From NCBI GenBank assembly GCA_951406725.2, contig OX597834.1:6262001-6326000 (forward strand): 64,000 nt of DNA, given 5' to 3'. The notes beneath the pieces are model-generated. The model worked only from the letters and a program-made list of their open reading frames with translations. It ran no database searches and was not told the origin of the DNA. This DNA is from Octopus vulgaris. Lineage: Eukaryota. Within the stretch, counting starts at the first letter, position 1. Every line of letters begins with the position of its first letter. A program made the translations under genes and the position numbers. Positions 12,609 to 25,135 of the stretch are shown here, piece after piece.

Positions 12609-13304
12609 CAGTAGTTTTATTTTTATAGCGTGCTTTCACTTCACTACCGAGCGCAGCTCTGTGTGCCTTGGGTATGTGCTGTGATTTGTTGTGATGCTCT
12701 GATGGTTATTGAATGGAAAGTGTTCTGCGTAGGATGTGTGCAGTGCCTATTAGTGCAATTTTCTGTATGTTATATGTGTTTGTAAGTCCTGGTGTTTTTG
12801 TTATGTATTTGTCTGAATATTTTTTTATCATGCCTAATGCACCTACTATGATAGGAATTGTTTCTGTTTTTAGATTCCACATTCTGGTTACCTCCATTTC
12901 CAGGTCTTTGTATTTTGAAAGTTTCTCCATTTCTTTTAGAGACACGTTGTCATCCTCCAGTATTGATACATCAATTAGAAAGCATTTTTTTTTTCTTCAT
13001 GATCTCTGACAACTATATCTGGTCTGTTGGCCTTAATTTCTCTATCTGTGTGTATCGGCATATCCCAAAGTATGGTTGCTTTCTCGTTTTCTGTGACCTT
13101 TTCTGGTGTGTGCCTATACCATCTTTTTTCTGTTGTTATTCCATAATTTTGGCATAGTTTCCAGTGTATGTAGGTTCCAACTCTGTCATGTCTGTGAATA
13201 TATTCCTTCTTAGCCAGGACTGGGCAGCCAGAGATAATATGATTTATTGTTTCTTGTCCATCTCCACATATTCTGCAGTTACTTGTTATATTTCTTTTCA
13301 TCAC

Positions 13305-13305
<1 letters not shown>
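12609..13305 (-). mobile_element. R4/Dong-clade non-LTR retrotransposon 3' end (CCHC knuckle plus restriction-like endonuclease), frameshifted
   Basis: CRICGDGQETINHIISGC (CCHC), RHD, KANRPDIVV (PD..D), K..KYKDL, PIIVGALG, GTAHILRRTL*. Flanked on both sides by (TAA)n, the known Dong target. Confidence 0.9.
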
Positions 13306-13364
<59 letters not shown>

Positions 13365-13750
13365 CCTCATTATTATTATTATACTTTCTACTACAGGCAC
13401 AAGGCCTGAAATTTTGGGGCAAGGAGCAAGTCAATTACATCAACCTCGGTTGCTCAACTGGTACTTATTTTATCAACCCCAAAAGGATGAAAGGCAAAGT
13501 CGACCTCAATAAAATTTGAACTCAATACAATTTGGTGGCAGAGAGGTAGCAGTCACAGTTTGTTTGCACTAAATTTGACAATTTTTTTATATTTCCTTTT
13601 TTTTTTCAGGAACGGTTTGATATATCAAGGGACAGTCAACGGTGTTTGAGAGCATAAAAGATTAAAATTGTAGCTGAGGAAAAGTTAGCTGCTATGGAAG
13701 AGTGGAAGCCATCTGATTATTGGGAAAGAGTAACCTTTGATGTCCTATAT

Positions 13751-13832
13751 GGCAAGTGTCTTCTACTATAGCCTCAGGCCGACCAAAGTGTTGTGAGTGG
13801 ATTTGGTAAATGGAAACTGAAAGAAGCCCGTC

Positions 13833-13878
<46 letters not shown>

Positions 13879-14110
13879 GTGCATGTGAGTGTATGTGTAT
13901 ATGTTTGTGTGTCTGTGTTTGTTCCCTGCCATTGCTGACAACTGATGTTGGTGTGTTTACATACCCGTAACTTAGCAGTTCAGCAAAAGAAACCAATAGA
14001 ATAAGTACTAGGCTTATAAAAAATAAGTCCAGAGGTTGATTTGTTCAACTAAAGGCGGTGCTCCAGCATGGCCACAATCAAATGACTGAAACAAATAAAA
14101 GAATAAAAGA
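13751..14110 (+). mobile_element. SINE family A (5'-truncated)
   Basis: Family A body and tail. Confidence 0.8.
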
Positions 14111-15169
14111 ATATATATAAATATATGATAGGCTTCTTTCAGTTTCAGTCTACCAATTCCACTCACAAGGCTTAGGTCTTCTATAGCAAAAGACACTTGC
14201 CCAAGGTGTCACACAGTGGGACTGAACCCAAAACCATGTGGTTGGAAAGCAAGCTTATTACCACACACCTATATCAAAATATATACATGCAGGTGTGCCA
14301 TTGTTATTTTCAAGAACTTTTCACAGATAGATAGTTGGTTTTTTTAACCTTTTACACAGAAGATCTGCCAATTCTTATTTCTTCTTTGAATAAAGACCTA
14401 TCATGTTCTTTCAAGAGATACTCAGTTTAAGCATCACAAAAAAGAAAAAAAGAAAAAAGAAAAATAACAGAAGGAAAAAGGAAAACGGAAAACACAGTAA
14501 AGAGAATCTTCTAGAAATATATCTTTGACAACTTAACTTCTTTATGAAGTGACAATGAATATAGCTGTAGCTTAAAGACGAGAAATTGCCCATTACGTAA
14601 CAAATTCTTGAAGGACTTTGAGAGTAATGGATTCTGAGAAGAGGAAAGTAAGATTTCTTTCTGAATTGAACACTTCTTTCACGAGTGTTTCAAAAAGGCA
14701 TAAAAACACTAACAAAAGCCTCATTGAAAATATTTCTTCACCTGAGCAAAGAGGAGGGAAAAAAATTTTTTTGAAATTGACACATCTACAAATTCCAGAT
14801 TTTTTCTTTCCAGATTTTTTTTTCTTTCCCACCAAATCTGCACAGAGCAAGGCAAAAAAAAAAATAAATATCAAACAAAACACAAAGACCCTCTTGTATT
14901 TCAGTGAATTTTATTTGCTATTATTTGTAACTGCGATAAGGCACCAACCTGGCAGAATCGTTAATGTGTTGGACAAAAGTTATTACAGTCATGTTTTCTA
15001 ATCTCATATGTTCCGAGTTCAAATTCTGCCGAGGCTGACTTTGCTCTTTATCCTTTTAAGGGTTGATAAATCAAATAACAATTGAGCATGGGACCAATGT
15101 AACCGATTACCTCCCTCCCCTAAAATTGCTGGCCTTGTGCTTAAAATTTTAAGCTATTATTTATTACTG

Positions 15170-15505
15170 GGGTATGATTAAGTGGTTAGAATATTGGGTT
15201 CACGATTATGATGCTGTGAGTTCGATTCCCGGACCAGGCTGTGTGTTGTGTTCTTGAGCAAGACTCTTTATTTCACATTGTTCCAGTTCACTCAACTGTA
15301 GAAATGACTTGCAGTATCACTGGTACCAAGCTGTATCAGCATTTGTATTTTTTTCCTTGGATAACATCAGTTGTGTGAGAAGAGAAGGCTGGTATGCATG
15401 GGCGACTACTGGCCTTCCATAAACAACCTTGCCTGAATTTGTGCCTCAGAGGGGAACTTTCTAAGTGCAACCCCATGGTCAGTCATGACCGAAGGGGGTC
15501 CTTCA
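15170..15505 (+). mobile_element. Diverged tRNA-derived SINE
   Basis: A-box-like ATGATTAAGTGGTTAG and B box GAGTTCGATTCCC. Body similar to 43972-44220. Confidence 0.6.
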
Positions 15506-15580
15506 GTATGTTGAACTAGCATTGGTGCAGTGGATAAAAAGCTTGACATTTTTTTCTAACTCTTGACATTTTTTTCTATA

Positions 15581-16110
15581 GGCGCATGAGTGGCTGTGTG
15601 GTAAGTAGCTTGCTTAACAACCACATGGTTCCAGGTTCAGTCCCACTGCATGGCACCTTGGGCAAGCGTCTTCCACTATAGCCTTGGGCCAACCAAAGCC
15701 TTGTGAGTGTAATTGGTAGACGGAAACTGAAAGAAGCCCGTCGTATGTATGTATATATATATATATATATATGTATGTATATGTGTGTATATGTTTGTGT
15801 GTCTGTGTTTGTCCCCCTAGCATTGCTTGACAACCGATGCTGGTGTGTTTACGTCGTATATATGTATATATATATATATATATGTATATGTGTGCATATG
15901 TTTGTGTGTCTGTGTTAGTCATCGCTTGACAACCGATGCTGATGTGTTTACGTCCCTGTAGCTTAGCGGTTCAGCAAAAGAGACCAATAGAATAAGTACT
16001 GGGCTCACAAAGAATAAGCCCTGGGGTCAATTTGCTCGACTAAAGGCAGTGCTCCAGCATGGCCACAGTCAAATGACTGAAACAAGTAAAAGAGTAAAAG
16101 AGAGTAGAGT
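15581..16110 (+). mobile_element. SINE family A with an internal duplication
   Basis: Full head and tail. The (TA)n-GCTTGACAACCGATGCTG segment occurs twice. Confidence 0.85.
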
Positions 16111-16309
16111 AAAGCATTTCTTCTGAGACTGTCGATTCAACTAGATCGCTGCCTTACCCTTTCTAATTGTGGTCCCAGGCCAGTGATTTTTGAGGGGACA
16201 AATCAATTACAACAACCCCAGAACTTCATTAGTACTTTATTTCATCGTCCTTGAAAGGGAGTAAGGTGAAGTTGACCTAGGTAGAATTTGAAATTGGGTT
16301 GTTTTTTTT

Positions 16310-16715
16310 TTCTTTTACTTGTTTCAGTCATTTGACTGTGGCAATGCTGGAGCACTGCCTTTAGTCGAGCAAATCGACCCCAGGACTTATTCTTTGTAAG
16401 CCCAGTACTTATTCTTTCGGTCTCTTTTGCTGAACCGCTAAGCTACAGGGACGTAAACACATCAGCATCGGTTGTCAAGCGATGTTGGGAGGACTAACAC
16501 AGACACACAAACATATACACACATATACATATATATATATATACATATATACGACGGGCTTCTTTCAGTTTCCATCTACCAAATCCACTCACAAGGTTTT
16601 GGTCGGCTCGAGGCTATAGTAGAAGACACTTGCCCAAGGTGCCACACAGTAGGACTGAACCCAGAACTATGTGGATGGCATGCAAGCAACTTATCACACA
16701 GCCACTTCTACGCCT
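16310..16715 (-). mobile_element. SINE family A
   Basis: Full-length reverse copy. Confidence 0.85.
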
Positions 16716-16914
16716 TTGCAGTATTTCTTCTAACTCTTTAGATTCTGAGTTCAAACTCAGCTGTGGTTATCTTTGCCTTTCATCATTTCATGGTCAATAA
16801 AATAAAGCACAAGTCAAATAATGGGACCAGCGCAATAAATGTACACGCTGCCATCATTTTACTGGCCTTGTGCCAAAATTAGAAAGAGTTATTTATTACT
16901 AAGATACAACTGAA

Positions 16915-17476
16915 ATCACAATCACAATCAAAATCAAAATCAAATTCGATGACTGGCGTCCGTGCTGGCAGGGTGCAAAGAGCACCATACGAGTTTGATC
17001 ATTGACACAGCGGCTAACCGGCTTCAGTGCCAGTGGCACTTAAAAGGCACCATTCGAGCGCGATCGTTACCAGCATCACCTTGTTGGCACTTGTGCCCAT
17101 GGTAGTAGGGTGCCAAGAGCACCATCCAAGCATGATCGTTGCCAGAGCAGCTAACTGGCCTCCGTGCCGGTGGCATGCAAAAGACACCATTCGAGCGTGA
17201 TTGTTACCAGTATCGTCTTACTGGCACCTGTGCCAGTGGCATGTGTAAAAGATTCAAGTGAAGTCGTTGCCAGTACCGTCTGACTGGCCCCGGGCTGGTG
17301 GCATGTAAAAGCACCACTCTCGGAGTGGTTGGAGTTAGGAAGGGCATCCAGCTGTAGAAACTCTGCTAGATCAAGATTGGAGCCTGGTGCAGCCATCTTG
17401 TTTGCCAGCTCTCAGACATTCGTCCAACCCATGCTAGCATGGAAAGCGGACGTTAAATGATGATGATGATGATGAT
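16915..17476 (+). mobile_element. RTE LINE 3'UTR fragment (family D variant)
   Basis: Family D repeats and (GAT)n tail. Confidence 0.7.
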
Positions 17477-18534
17477 ACAACAATTTTAATAAAATTTAGC
17501 AAATCAAAGAGCATGCAATCAAATAGCACGAGGAAGTCCAAATTTGTCATCTCATAACATATACATAAGGAATACTGTGATTGAATAAATGCTTTTGTGT
17601 AAGGGAAAATACCAATATGCAAGATGTGTATGTGTGTGTGAGAGAGAGAGAGAGAGCGAGAGAGAGAGAGAGCATCATTTTGTGTTTTCCTTACAACTGA
17701 AATGGGACCCTCCCAATATTGAAATCTCTGGTGCAGGTAAAAACGCTACATGACTTCACACCAAAAGGGAAAAGATTGCCTTTTGACCTTGCTGTCAAGT
17801 AGACATCAAGATAAATGGGGGGTGGGTTGGCAGATGTAATTGGCTGTAATTCTGGTGTAGAAATGTGGTTGCCCAATGAAATTGGTTATTTGATTATCGA
17901 GTCAACCAAAAAATGAAAAAATCGTTGTGGACAACATATTTTGTGAATTAATAAATGTCTGGTTTGAATCTTGACAAGAACAAAACCTGCTACAGGAATT
18001 TCTCAGCTTTGAATATGTCCAGCAAAGCAAGAGTTGTTATGCTACATATAGAATTAACAAGGAAACCAAAATATCACCAGCAAACATACAAAAATTGATT
18101 AAAACATATGTTTGGGAACCACACACATCCTAAAACAACACAGAGATAATTCACTAATTAATCCAAGTGCAAGCTCATTAACTCATATAAAAAGCAAAAG
18201 CAAACTAGACATAATTAGTAAAAAAAATATTCTAGACATGATTATCTCAAACATAAGTCAAGTTACCAATTAATGAAACTGTCATGGGTTAATATTGCTG
18301 TGTTGTATCATATTGGATGTCATTACTGTGTTAATTGGATGTGAGATTAGACTGGCCGTGTACAAAAGTAAACTTGCAAACATTTAACAACAGATTTTAT
18401 TAAAGGAAGGCTAAGCATATATATATATACATGTATATATTTATTTCTTTACTGCCCACAAGGGGCTAAATGTAGAGGGGACAAACAAGGACAAAGAGTC
18501 TCTAGGATACATATCTATCTATATATATATATAT

Positions 18535-18925
18535 TCAATAAAGGGTGGAATATAATTAATTTAATAAAATTAATCAATTTCACCTAGTAGATTTGTCGGT
18601 ATGGAAAAGACCATATTTGGTAAGGGTTATAATAATTATAATAAAGGGTTAAATGCAACAAGTTGCTCAAAACCACATACCGAAAATATTAGAAATAGCA
18701 GCCAAAATTGGTCAGTATTTCCTCTACTAGTAAAAAGTCTCCACAAACAAACAGAATTTGTAAGCTGTATATGGCAAAAAAAAGCCATTTTTTTGCCATA
18801 TACAGCTTACAAATTCTGTTTGTTTGTGGAGACTTTTACTAGTAGAGGAAATACTGACCAATTTTGGCTGCTATTTCTAATATTTTCGGTATGTGGTTTT
18901 GAGCAACTTGTTGCATTTAACCCTT

Positions 18926-18932
<7 letters not shown>
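18535..18932 (-). mobile_element. PLE-like fold-back insert in (TA)n
   Basis: Near-perfect inverted arms of about 145 bp at 18637-18782 / 18788-18932, plus a tail of about 100 bp. Shares GGCTGCTATTT, ACCCT..TATAATT and TTTTCCAT.C.GAC with the 1224 element. Confidence 0.6.
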
Positions 18933-18970
<38 letters not shown>

Positions 18971-19308
18971 TATAGATATGTATCCTAGAGACTCTTTTAT
19001 ATGCCAGAGAGTGAAAAGCTTAAGGGCCCACTCAGGTAGCACATGCTCTAGCTATGGCACCAGTGGTTGGCATTGATGAAATCATCTTACCTCTCTCCCC
19101 CAAAACTGCTGGCCTTGTGCTAAAATGAAACCAATATTAATTAACAGGCATCAGGGGGTGAGCTGGCAGAATCGTTAGCACACCAGGTGAAATACTTACT
19201 AATATTTGCTCTGTTTTTATGTTCTCAGTTCTTAAACTTCTGAGGTCAACTTTGCTTTTATCCTTTAAGGGTCGATAAATAAGCACCAGTGAACATAATT
19301 GATTTTGA

Positions 19309-19941
19309 TATAACTGACTTACCTCTCTCCTTCCCTCTCTCTCTCTCATTCAAAACTGAAACCAATTCCAAAATCTGAAACCAATATTAATAAACAGGCA
19401 GGTGTAAATGGGCATTACAGCTTTTAGAAATTAGGGCATTAATATAGAATACTTTAAACACTGGAACTATATATTACTTTCTAATGTTCAAATTAAAATT
19501 ACGTTTCCATCTTGCAATTCATATTTTTTTTAACAAATTTCATGTTGAAAGGAAAATATTTAGCAAATAGACTGATAAAATATTTATCTGGAAATGATAT
19601 ATAAGTATCGTAGATAACATATATTAGACATTGACACGAGAGATTTATAGAGAATAATTATTATACTAATTATAATTTATATGAAAGACAAAATAATTTG
19701 AAACAAACATTACCGAAGAAGAAAACAAAATTCCGATTAAAACGGTTATCAACGAATTTTATATATGAATCCCTAGAATTCTTCAGTTTAAGAGCATTCC
19801 TCATGCAAATAGCTGAGCAAATTATACAGAGTAAATACGACATTAACTAAAATCTTGAAAGAAAATTATTTGAGGGATAAATGCTGTGATACACGATTTA
19901 AAACTATCAGAGATGCAATTACCGGCACTTTTAATATAATT
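19309..19941 (+). repeat. Local direct duplication, copy 2
   Basis: See 3326-3962. Confidence 0.85.
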
Positions 19942-20199
19942 TAAAATATACTTAGTGAGATCATTAAAATTATTGATGTTGGGATGAAAAATCTGCATTA
20001 TAGAGTGTAAATTTATCTGTGAATGTAAATAAGAGTACAGTTAAATAAACACACACATCTATCATCACCAAGTTACATCTAGATTCACATTTTTGCATGG
20101 GGTCAGCAGGTCTTGTCTTTTAGGGAATCTTACCATTTGTTGTGGTCCTTTGTCATCTCTGTTATAATATTCAGTATTATTGACAATTATCAACAATAT

Positions 20200-20610
20200 A
20201 TATTTCTTTACTGTCCACAAGGGGTTAAACATAGAGGGGACAAACAAGGACAGACAAAGGGATTAAGTCGAATATGTCGACCCCAGTGCATAACTGGTAC
20301 TTAATTTATCGACCCCGAAAGGATGAAAGGCAAAGTCGACCTAGGCGGAATTTGAACTCGGAACGTAACGACAGACGAAATACCGCTAAGCATTTCACCC
20401 GGCATGCTAACATATAGGCACAGGCATGGCTGTGTGGTAAGAAGCTTGCTCCCCTACCATATGTTTCCAGTTTCAATCCCACTGCATGGCACTTAGGGCG
20501 AGTGCCTTCTACTATAGCTTCAGGCTGACCAAAGCCTTGTGAGTGGGTTTGGTAGATGAAAACTGAAAGAAGCCCATCGTAAATATGTATGTGTGTGTGC
20601 ATGTATGTGT
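20200..20610. mobile_element. Head-to-head SINE B (minus, 20200-20412) and partial SINE A (plus, 20416-20610)
   Basis: Family motifs. Confidence 0.75.
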
Positions 20611-20820
20611 GTGTGTATAAATAATTCTAAGATAAGACAGTGATTTCAAAGTTTTGGCCAGGTATACTTTTATCAGCAGTCTAATGACTTATTTGGATGA
20701 AGCTTTGAAGTTACTGTCAACGACATTCTTGTTTAAGATTAATAAACTTGTACTCTACAAAAGTATTGAGTAACCCATCAGATTAACGTAAAATTGTTAT
20801 TATTATTATAAATGGTCGCA

Positions 20821-21651
20821 GGCACATGGCTCAGTGGCACATGGATCAGGAGGCACATGGCTCAGTGGCACATGGATCAGAAGGCACATGGCTCAGTGGA
20901 ACATGGATCAGAAGGCACATGGCTCAGTGGCACATGGCTCAGAAGGCACATGGCTCAGTGGAACATGGCTCAGAAGGCACATGGCTCAGTGGAACATGGC
21001 TCAGAAGGCACATGGCTCAGTGGAACATGGCTCAGAAAGCACATGGCTCAGTGGAACATGGCTCAGTGGTACATGGCTCAGAAGGCACATGGCTCAAAAG
21101 GCACATGTCTCAGTGGAACATGGCTCAGTGGAACATGGCTCAGAAGGCACATGGCTAAGAAGGCACATGGCTCAGAAGGCACATGGCAGGCACATGTCTC
21201 AGTGGAACATGGCTCAGTGGAACATGGCTCAAAAGGCACATGGCTCAGAAGGCACATGGCTCAAAGGCACATGTCTCAGTGGAACATGGCTCAGTGGAAC
21301 ATGGCTCAGAAGGCACATGGCTAAGAAGGCACATGGCTCAGAAGGCACATGGCTCAAAAGGCACATGGCTCAAAAGGCACATGTCTCAGTGGAACATGGC
21401 TCAGTGGAACATGGCTCAATGGTACATGGCTCAGAAGGCACATGGCTAAGAAGGCACATGGCTCAGAAGGCACATGGCTCAAAAGGCACATGTCTCAGTG
21501 GAACATGGCTCAGTGGAACATGGCTCAGAAGGCACATGGCTAAGAAGGCACATGGCTCAGAAGGCACATGGCTCAAAAGGCACATGTCTCAGTGGAACAT
21601 GGCTCAGTGGAACATGGCTCAATGGTACATGGCTCAGAACGCACATGGCTC
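20821..21651. repeat. 15/16-bp minisatellite (GGAACATGGCTCAGT / GGCACATGGCTCAGAA) with higher-order patterning
   Basis: About 50 units directly visible. The overlapping repetitive ORFs in all three frames are by-products. Confidence 0.95.
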
Positions 21652-21879
21652 TTTCAAATTACGAAGGAAATGAAGTGGAATGAAACAAAGTTATGTAAAA
21701 TAGAATGAAAGCCAAACATTTACATTATTACACTTAATAATCATTTATCTAAGGCTGGAGAATCCTTGCACTTCTACTGAATCGAACAAGTTGACGTTAA
21801 GCATTGAACATCTTTCCTTCTATAGAGACATAAGCATTTGCAAGTGTTTGATGAAAGATTCTAAATATTTTACTTTATA

Positions 21880-22156
21880 CTGTTGTGTCAGGTGAGAGTC
21901 ATTCTTTTTTAATGCCTTATTATTTAACACACTCACTGGTAAAATTTGCACTTTTTTCTTATTTTTATTGTCCTAAAATTTTCGTTGCATCTTGCGACTT
22001 TTTCAATAGTTTTGACTATTCAAAACTATTGAAAAGGTTGCAAGACGCAATGAAAATTTTAGGGAAATAAAAATTAAAAAAAAAGTGGAAATTTTACTGG
22101 CAAGTGTGTTATATTATAAGGCACAAAAAGAAAATGCCTCTCCCCAGACACAACAG
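21880..22156. mobile_element. PLE-like fold-back with a variant hammerhead in each arm
   Basis: Inverted arms 21880-22015 / 22020-22156. Plus arm 22026-22062 reads cta-TTGAAAA-g-gttgc-aagac-gcaat-GAAA-ATT-T-tag. A weaker outer inverted repeat lies at 21664-21690 / 22246-22271. Confidence 0.55.
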
Positions 22157-22504
22157 AATATGCTTCAACACACGAACTCATATAAAGAATCTTGCAAACC
22201 AAATTCAAAAACGAAATACTACTTTATTCTGTTCTATTTATTTTAGTTTATTTCATTCCATTTCATTCCTTGGAAAATCTGGAGATTTTCTGTACATTCA
22301 TATAAATTAACTAAGGGACAATTCCTTTAGCTCTTCCAACTAACATTATTATCATTATTATTGTTGTTACTATCAATATGCTATTCTGTACACCGCCAAA
22401 AACGTTTTACTGCTCTTTTTTTCTCTCATACATACATATATACATATATACATACATACATACATACATGCATGCATACATACATACTTACATACATACA
22501 TACA

Positions 22505-23055
22505 TGGTGGCTGCCCCCTCGTTATCGAGTATGGCCATTGCATGAAGCTTAATCAATGTTGTTATCGTGCAATGCCTGTGCAAGAAGATTTTTTTAAAGT
22601 GAGGAAAGGCTGTGCACTGAGTCAATCCCACTCACTAAGCAACAGCAGCCATAATCCGAAAAGAAGAACAAGTCAACATCATCGGTAACCACTGAGCCGC
22701 AAGTTTTATGTCGGAGTTATCCCAGTTACCTGAGTTACCTTCTCCTAGAAGGATGCCCTAACAAAGGCTGGGAGTCCTTCACTCCCAATGGTTTAACCGC
22801 GCGATCGGGTATTCAGTCCGATTATTTCTATGTCCCCGCGCATGATACAGCCTTAAGACATTTATTGGATGGCCGTTGACTCTCGAGAGTTCCTCTGCCC
22901 TTTGACAAGTTTTGTTTTTCATCCCGCAGAGTGTCCAATAAACACCATCCTCACCAAGCAAGCTTGGTGGGGTTGCCGGTTTAGTCGCCGACGACCCGAC
23001 CATGCAACAAGTTGTACTGGGTTACATGTTACCAGTAGCACTCGAAAGTGACCTG
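22505..23055 (-). mobile_element. Non-autonomous RTE-derived element in (CATA)n
   Basis: GC-richer insert flanked by (CATA)n. Minus strand contains CTAGGAGAAGGTAACTC (RTE 5'UTR-like) and ends CTCGATAACGAGGGGGCAGCCACC (RTE 3'-like). Recognised from memory of the family only. Confidence 0.45.
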
Positions 23056-23063
23056 ACATAAAC

Positions 23064-23099
<36 letters not shown>

Positions 23100-23177
23100 T
23101 GTTTATAAAAAGACATACAACCAAAAGAAGAAGCACAGTCTTAAGATGTAGAGCAGTTGATATAAAAAATTAGGAAG

Positions 23178-23399
23178 GCTGGTTTATGGGATTACCTTAG
23201 ATTCCACGTCAATAAAGGGTTTACCTTTATGGTGTATCATCAGATCCCAAAAACCTTTTAACACATGACCCTTTAAAATGGCATTTCCCCCTCCATATTT
23301 TTAAGAGGTCATGGGCCAATAGGTTTTGCAGATCTGATGATACACCATAAAGCTAAACCCTTTATGGACAGGAAACCTAAGGTAATCTCATAAACTGGC
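23178..23399. mobile_element. MITE-like fold-back (about 220 bp)
   Basis: GGTTTATGGGATTACCTTAG...TTTATGGTGTATCATCAGATC is mirrored by GATCTGATGATACACCATAAAG...CTAAGGTAATCTCATAAACT. Confidence 0.7.
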
Positions 23400-23790
23400 G
23401 TGGTAAGTAGCTTGCTTACCAGCCACACGGTTCCGGGTTCAGTCCCACTGTGTGGCATCTTGGCAAGTGTCTTCTACTATAGCCTCGGGCCGACCAAAGC
23501 CTTGTGAGTGGATTTGGTAGACGGAAACTGAAAGAAGTCCGTCATATATATATGTATATATATATATATATATATATGCGTGTGTATGTTTGTGTGTTTG
23601 TGTTTGTCCCCTAGCATTGCTTGACAACCGATGCTGGTGTGTTTACGTAGCCGTCACTTAGCAGTTTGGCAAAAGAGAGCGATAGAATAAGTACTGGGCT
23701 TACAAAGAGTAAGTCCTGGGTCGATTTGTTCGACTAAAGGCGGTGCTCCAGCATGGCCGCAGTCAAATGACTGAAACAAGTAAAAGAGAA
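23400..23790 (+). mobile_element. SINE family A
   Basis: Family motifs. Confidence 0.85.
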
Positions 23791-23979
23791 TATATATACA
23801 CACACATATAAATACATGGGCATACATATGTATATACATACTTAGACACACATGTGTGTGTATGTATATGTGTATACGTATGCAGTTATAAGTATGTATC
23901 TGTATATATGTGTATGTATGTATAAATATGTATATGTATATGTGTGTGTGTGTGTGTATACATATATATATAAGCATAT

Positions 23980-24826
23980 TCTTTTATTCTTTTATTTGTT
24001 TCAGTCATTTGACTGCGGTTATGCTTAATCGAACAAATTGACCCTAGGACTTATTCTTTGTATGCCTAGTACTTATTTTATTGGTCTCTTTTGCCGAACC
24101 GCTAAGTTACAGGTATGAGAACACACCAACATTGGTTGTCAGGCGATACACAAACATATATCATCATCATCATTGTTCAATGTCTGTTTTCCATGCTGGC
24201 ATGGGTTGCAGAGTTCGACTGGGGTCTGGGAAGCCAGGAGGCCGCACCAGGCCCCAATCTGATATGGCAGTGTTTCTACAGCTGGATACCCTTCCTAATG
24301 CCAACCATTCCGAGAGTGTAGTGAGTGTTTTTTATATGCCACTGGCACAAGGGGCCAGAGGAGCTGGCATTGACCATGATTGGATGGTACATTTTATGTG
24401 CCACCAGCATGGAAGACAGTCAAGGCAACACTGGCATCAGCCACATTCAGATGGTGCTTTTTACTTGATACTGGCACGGGGCTCACAACTATAATTTCTA
24501 TTTGATTTGATTTTGAGATTGCTGTTGATGTTGATGTACTTGACTCAATAGGTCTCCTCAAGCATGGCATGTTGCCCTACGATCCAAGATACTTTCGAGC
24601 AGGCTGGTTATGTGACACTGGTGTAGGTTACAGCTGTGGACTCACTTTATTTGCCAGGTCTTCTCATGCTTCTTTCAGTTTTGGTCTACCAAATCCACCC
24701 ACAAAGTTTTAGTTGGCCTAAGGCTATAGGAGAAAGCACTTGCCCAAGGTGCCACGCAGTGGAACTGAACCCAGAAACATGTGGTTGGTAAGCAAGCTAC
24801 TTAACACACAACTACTCCTGCACCTA
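23980..24826 (-). mobile_element. SINE family A split by an RTE 3'UTR insertion (24160-24665)
   Basis: A-tail at 23980-24150, family D insert, A-head at 24668-24826. Confidence 0.7.
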
Positions 24827-24853
24827 TATGTACTTCAAATCAGTCTGTATATA

Positions 24854-24895
<42 letters not shown>

Positions 24896-25002
24896 CACAC
24901 ATATATATCCATATATATAAATCTATATATATAAATATATTTCTGTTTGTCTGTCTCTTTCTCTCTCTATATACATACATATGTATATATATATATATAT
25001 AT

Positions 25003-25135
25003 TTTATTTAATGCAGCAGAAAATTCAACAAAATTTTGTTGAATTTTCTGCTGCTTTAAATAAAGCATATTACTCTACCACTGGTATTTGAGTACTCTTT
25101 TTTTCCACCTTGTTTCACATTTATGTGTTTACTCC

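Noticed and set aside
20812-21683. 279-aa repetitive protein ORF
   Set aside because: All three frames are open only because the 15/16-bp units mostly lack stops, and the frame drifts with unit length.
23334-23380. CTGATGA...GAAACCTA as a hammerhead
   Set aside because: Stem II is not adjacent to the core, and there is no stem I or palindromic stem III. The sequence is explained by the MITE arm.
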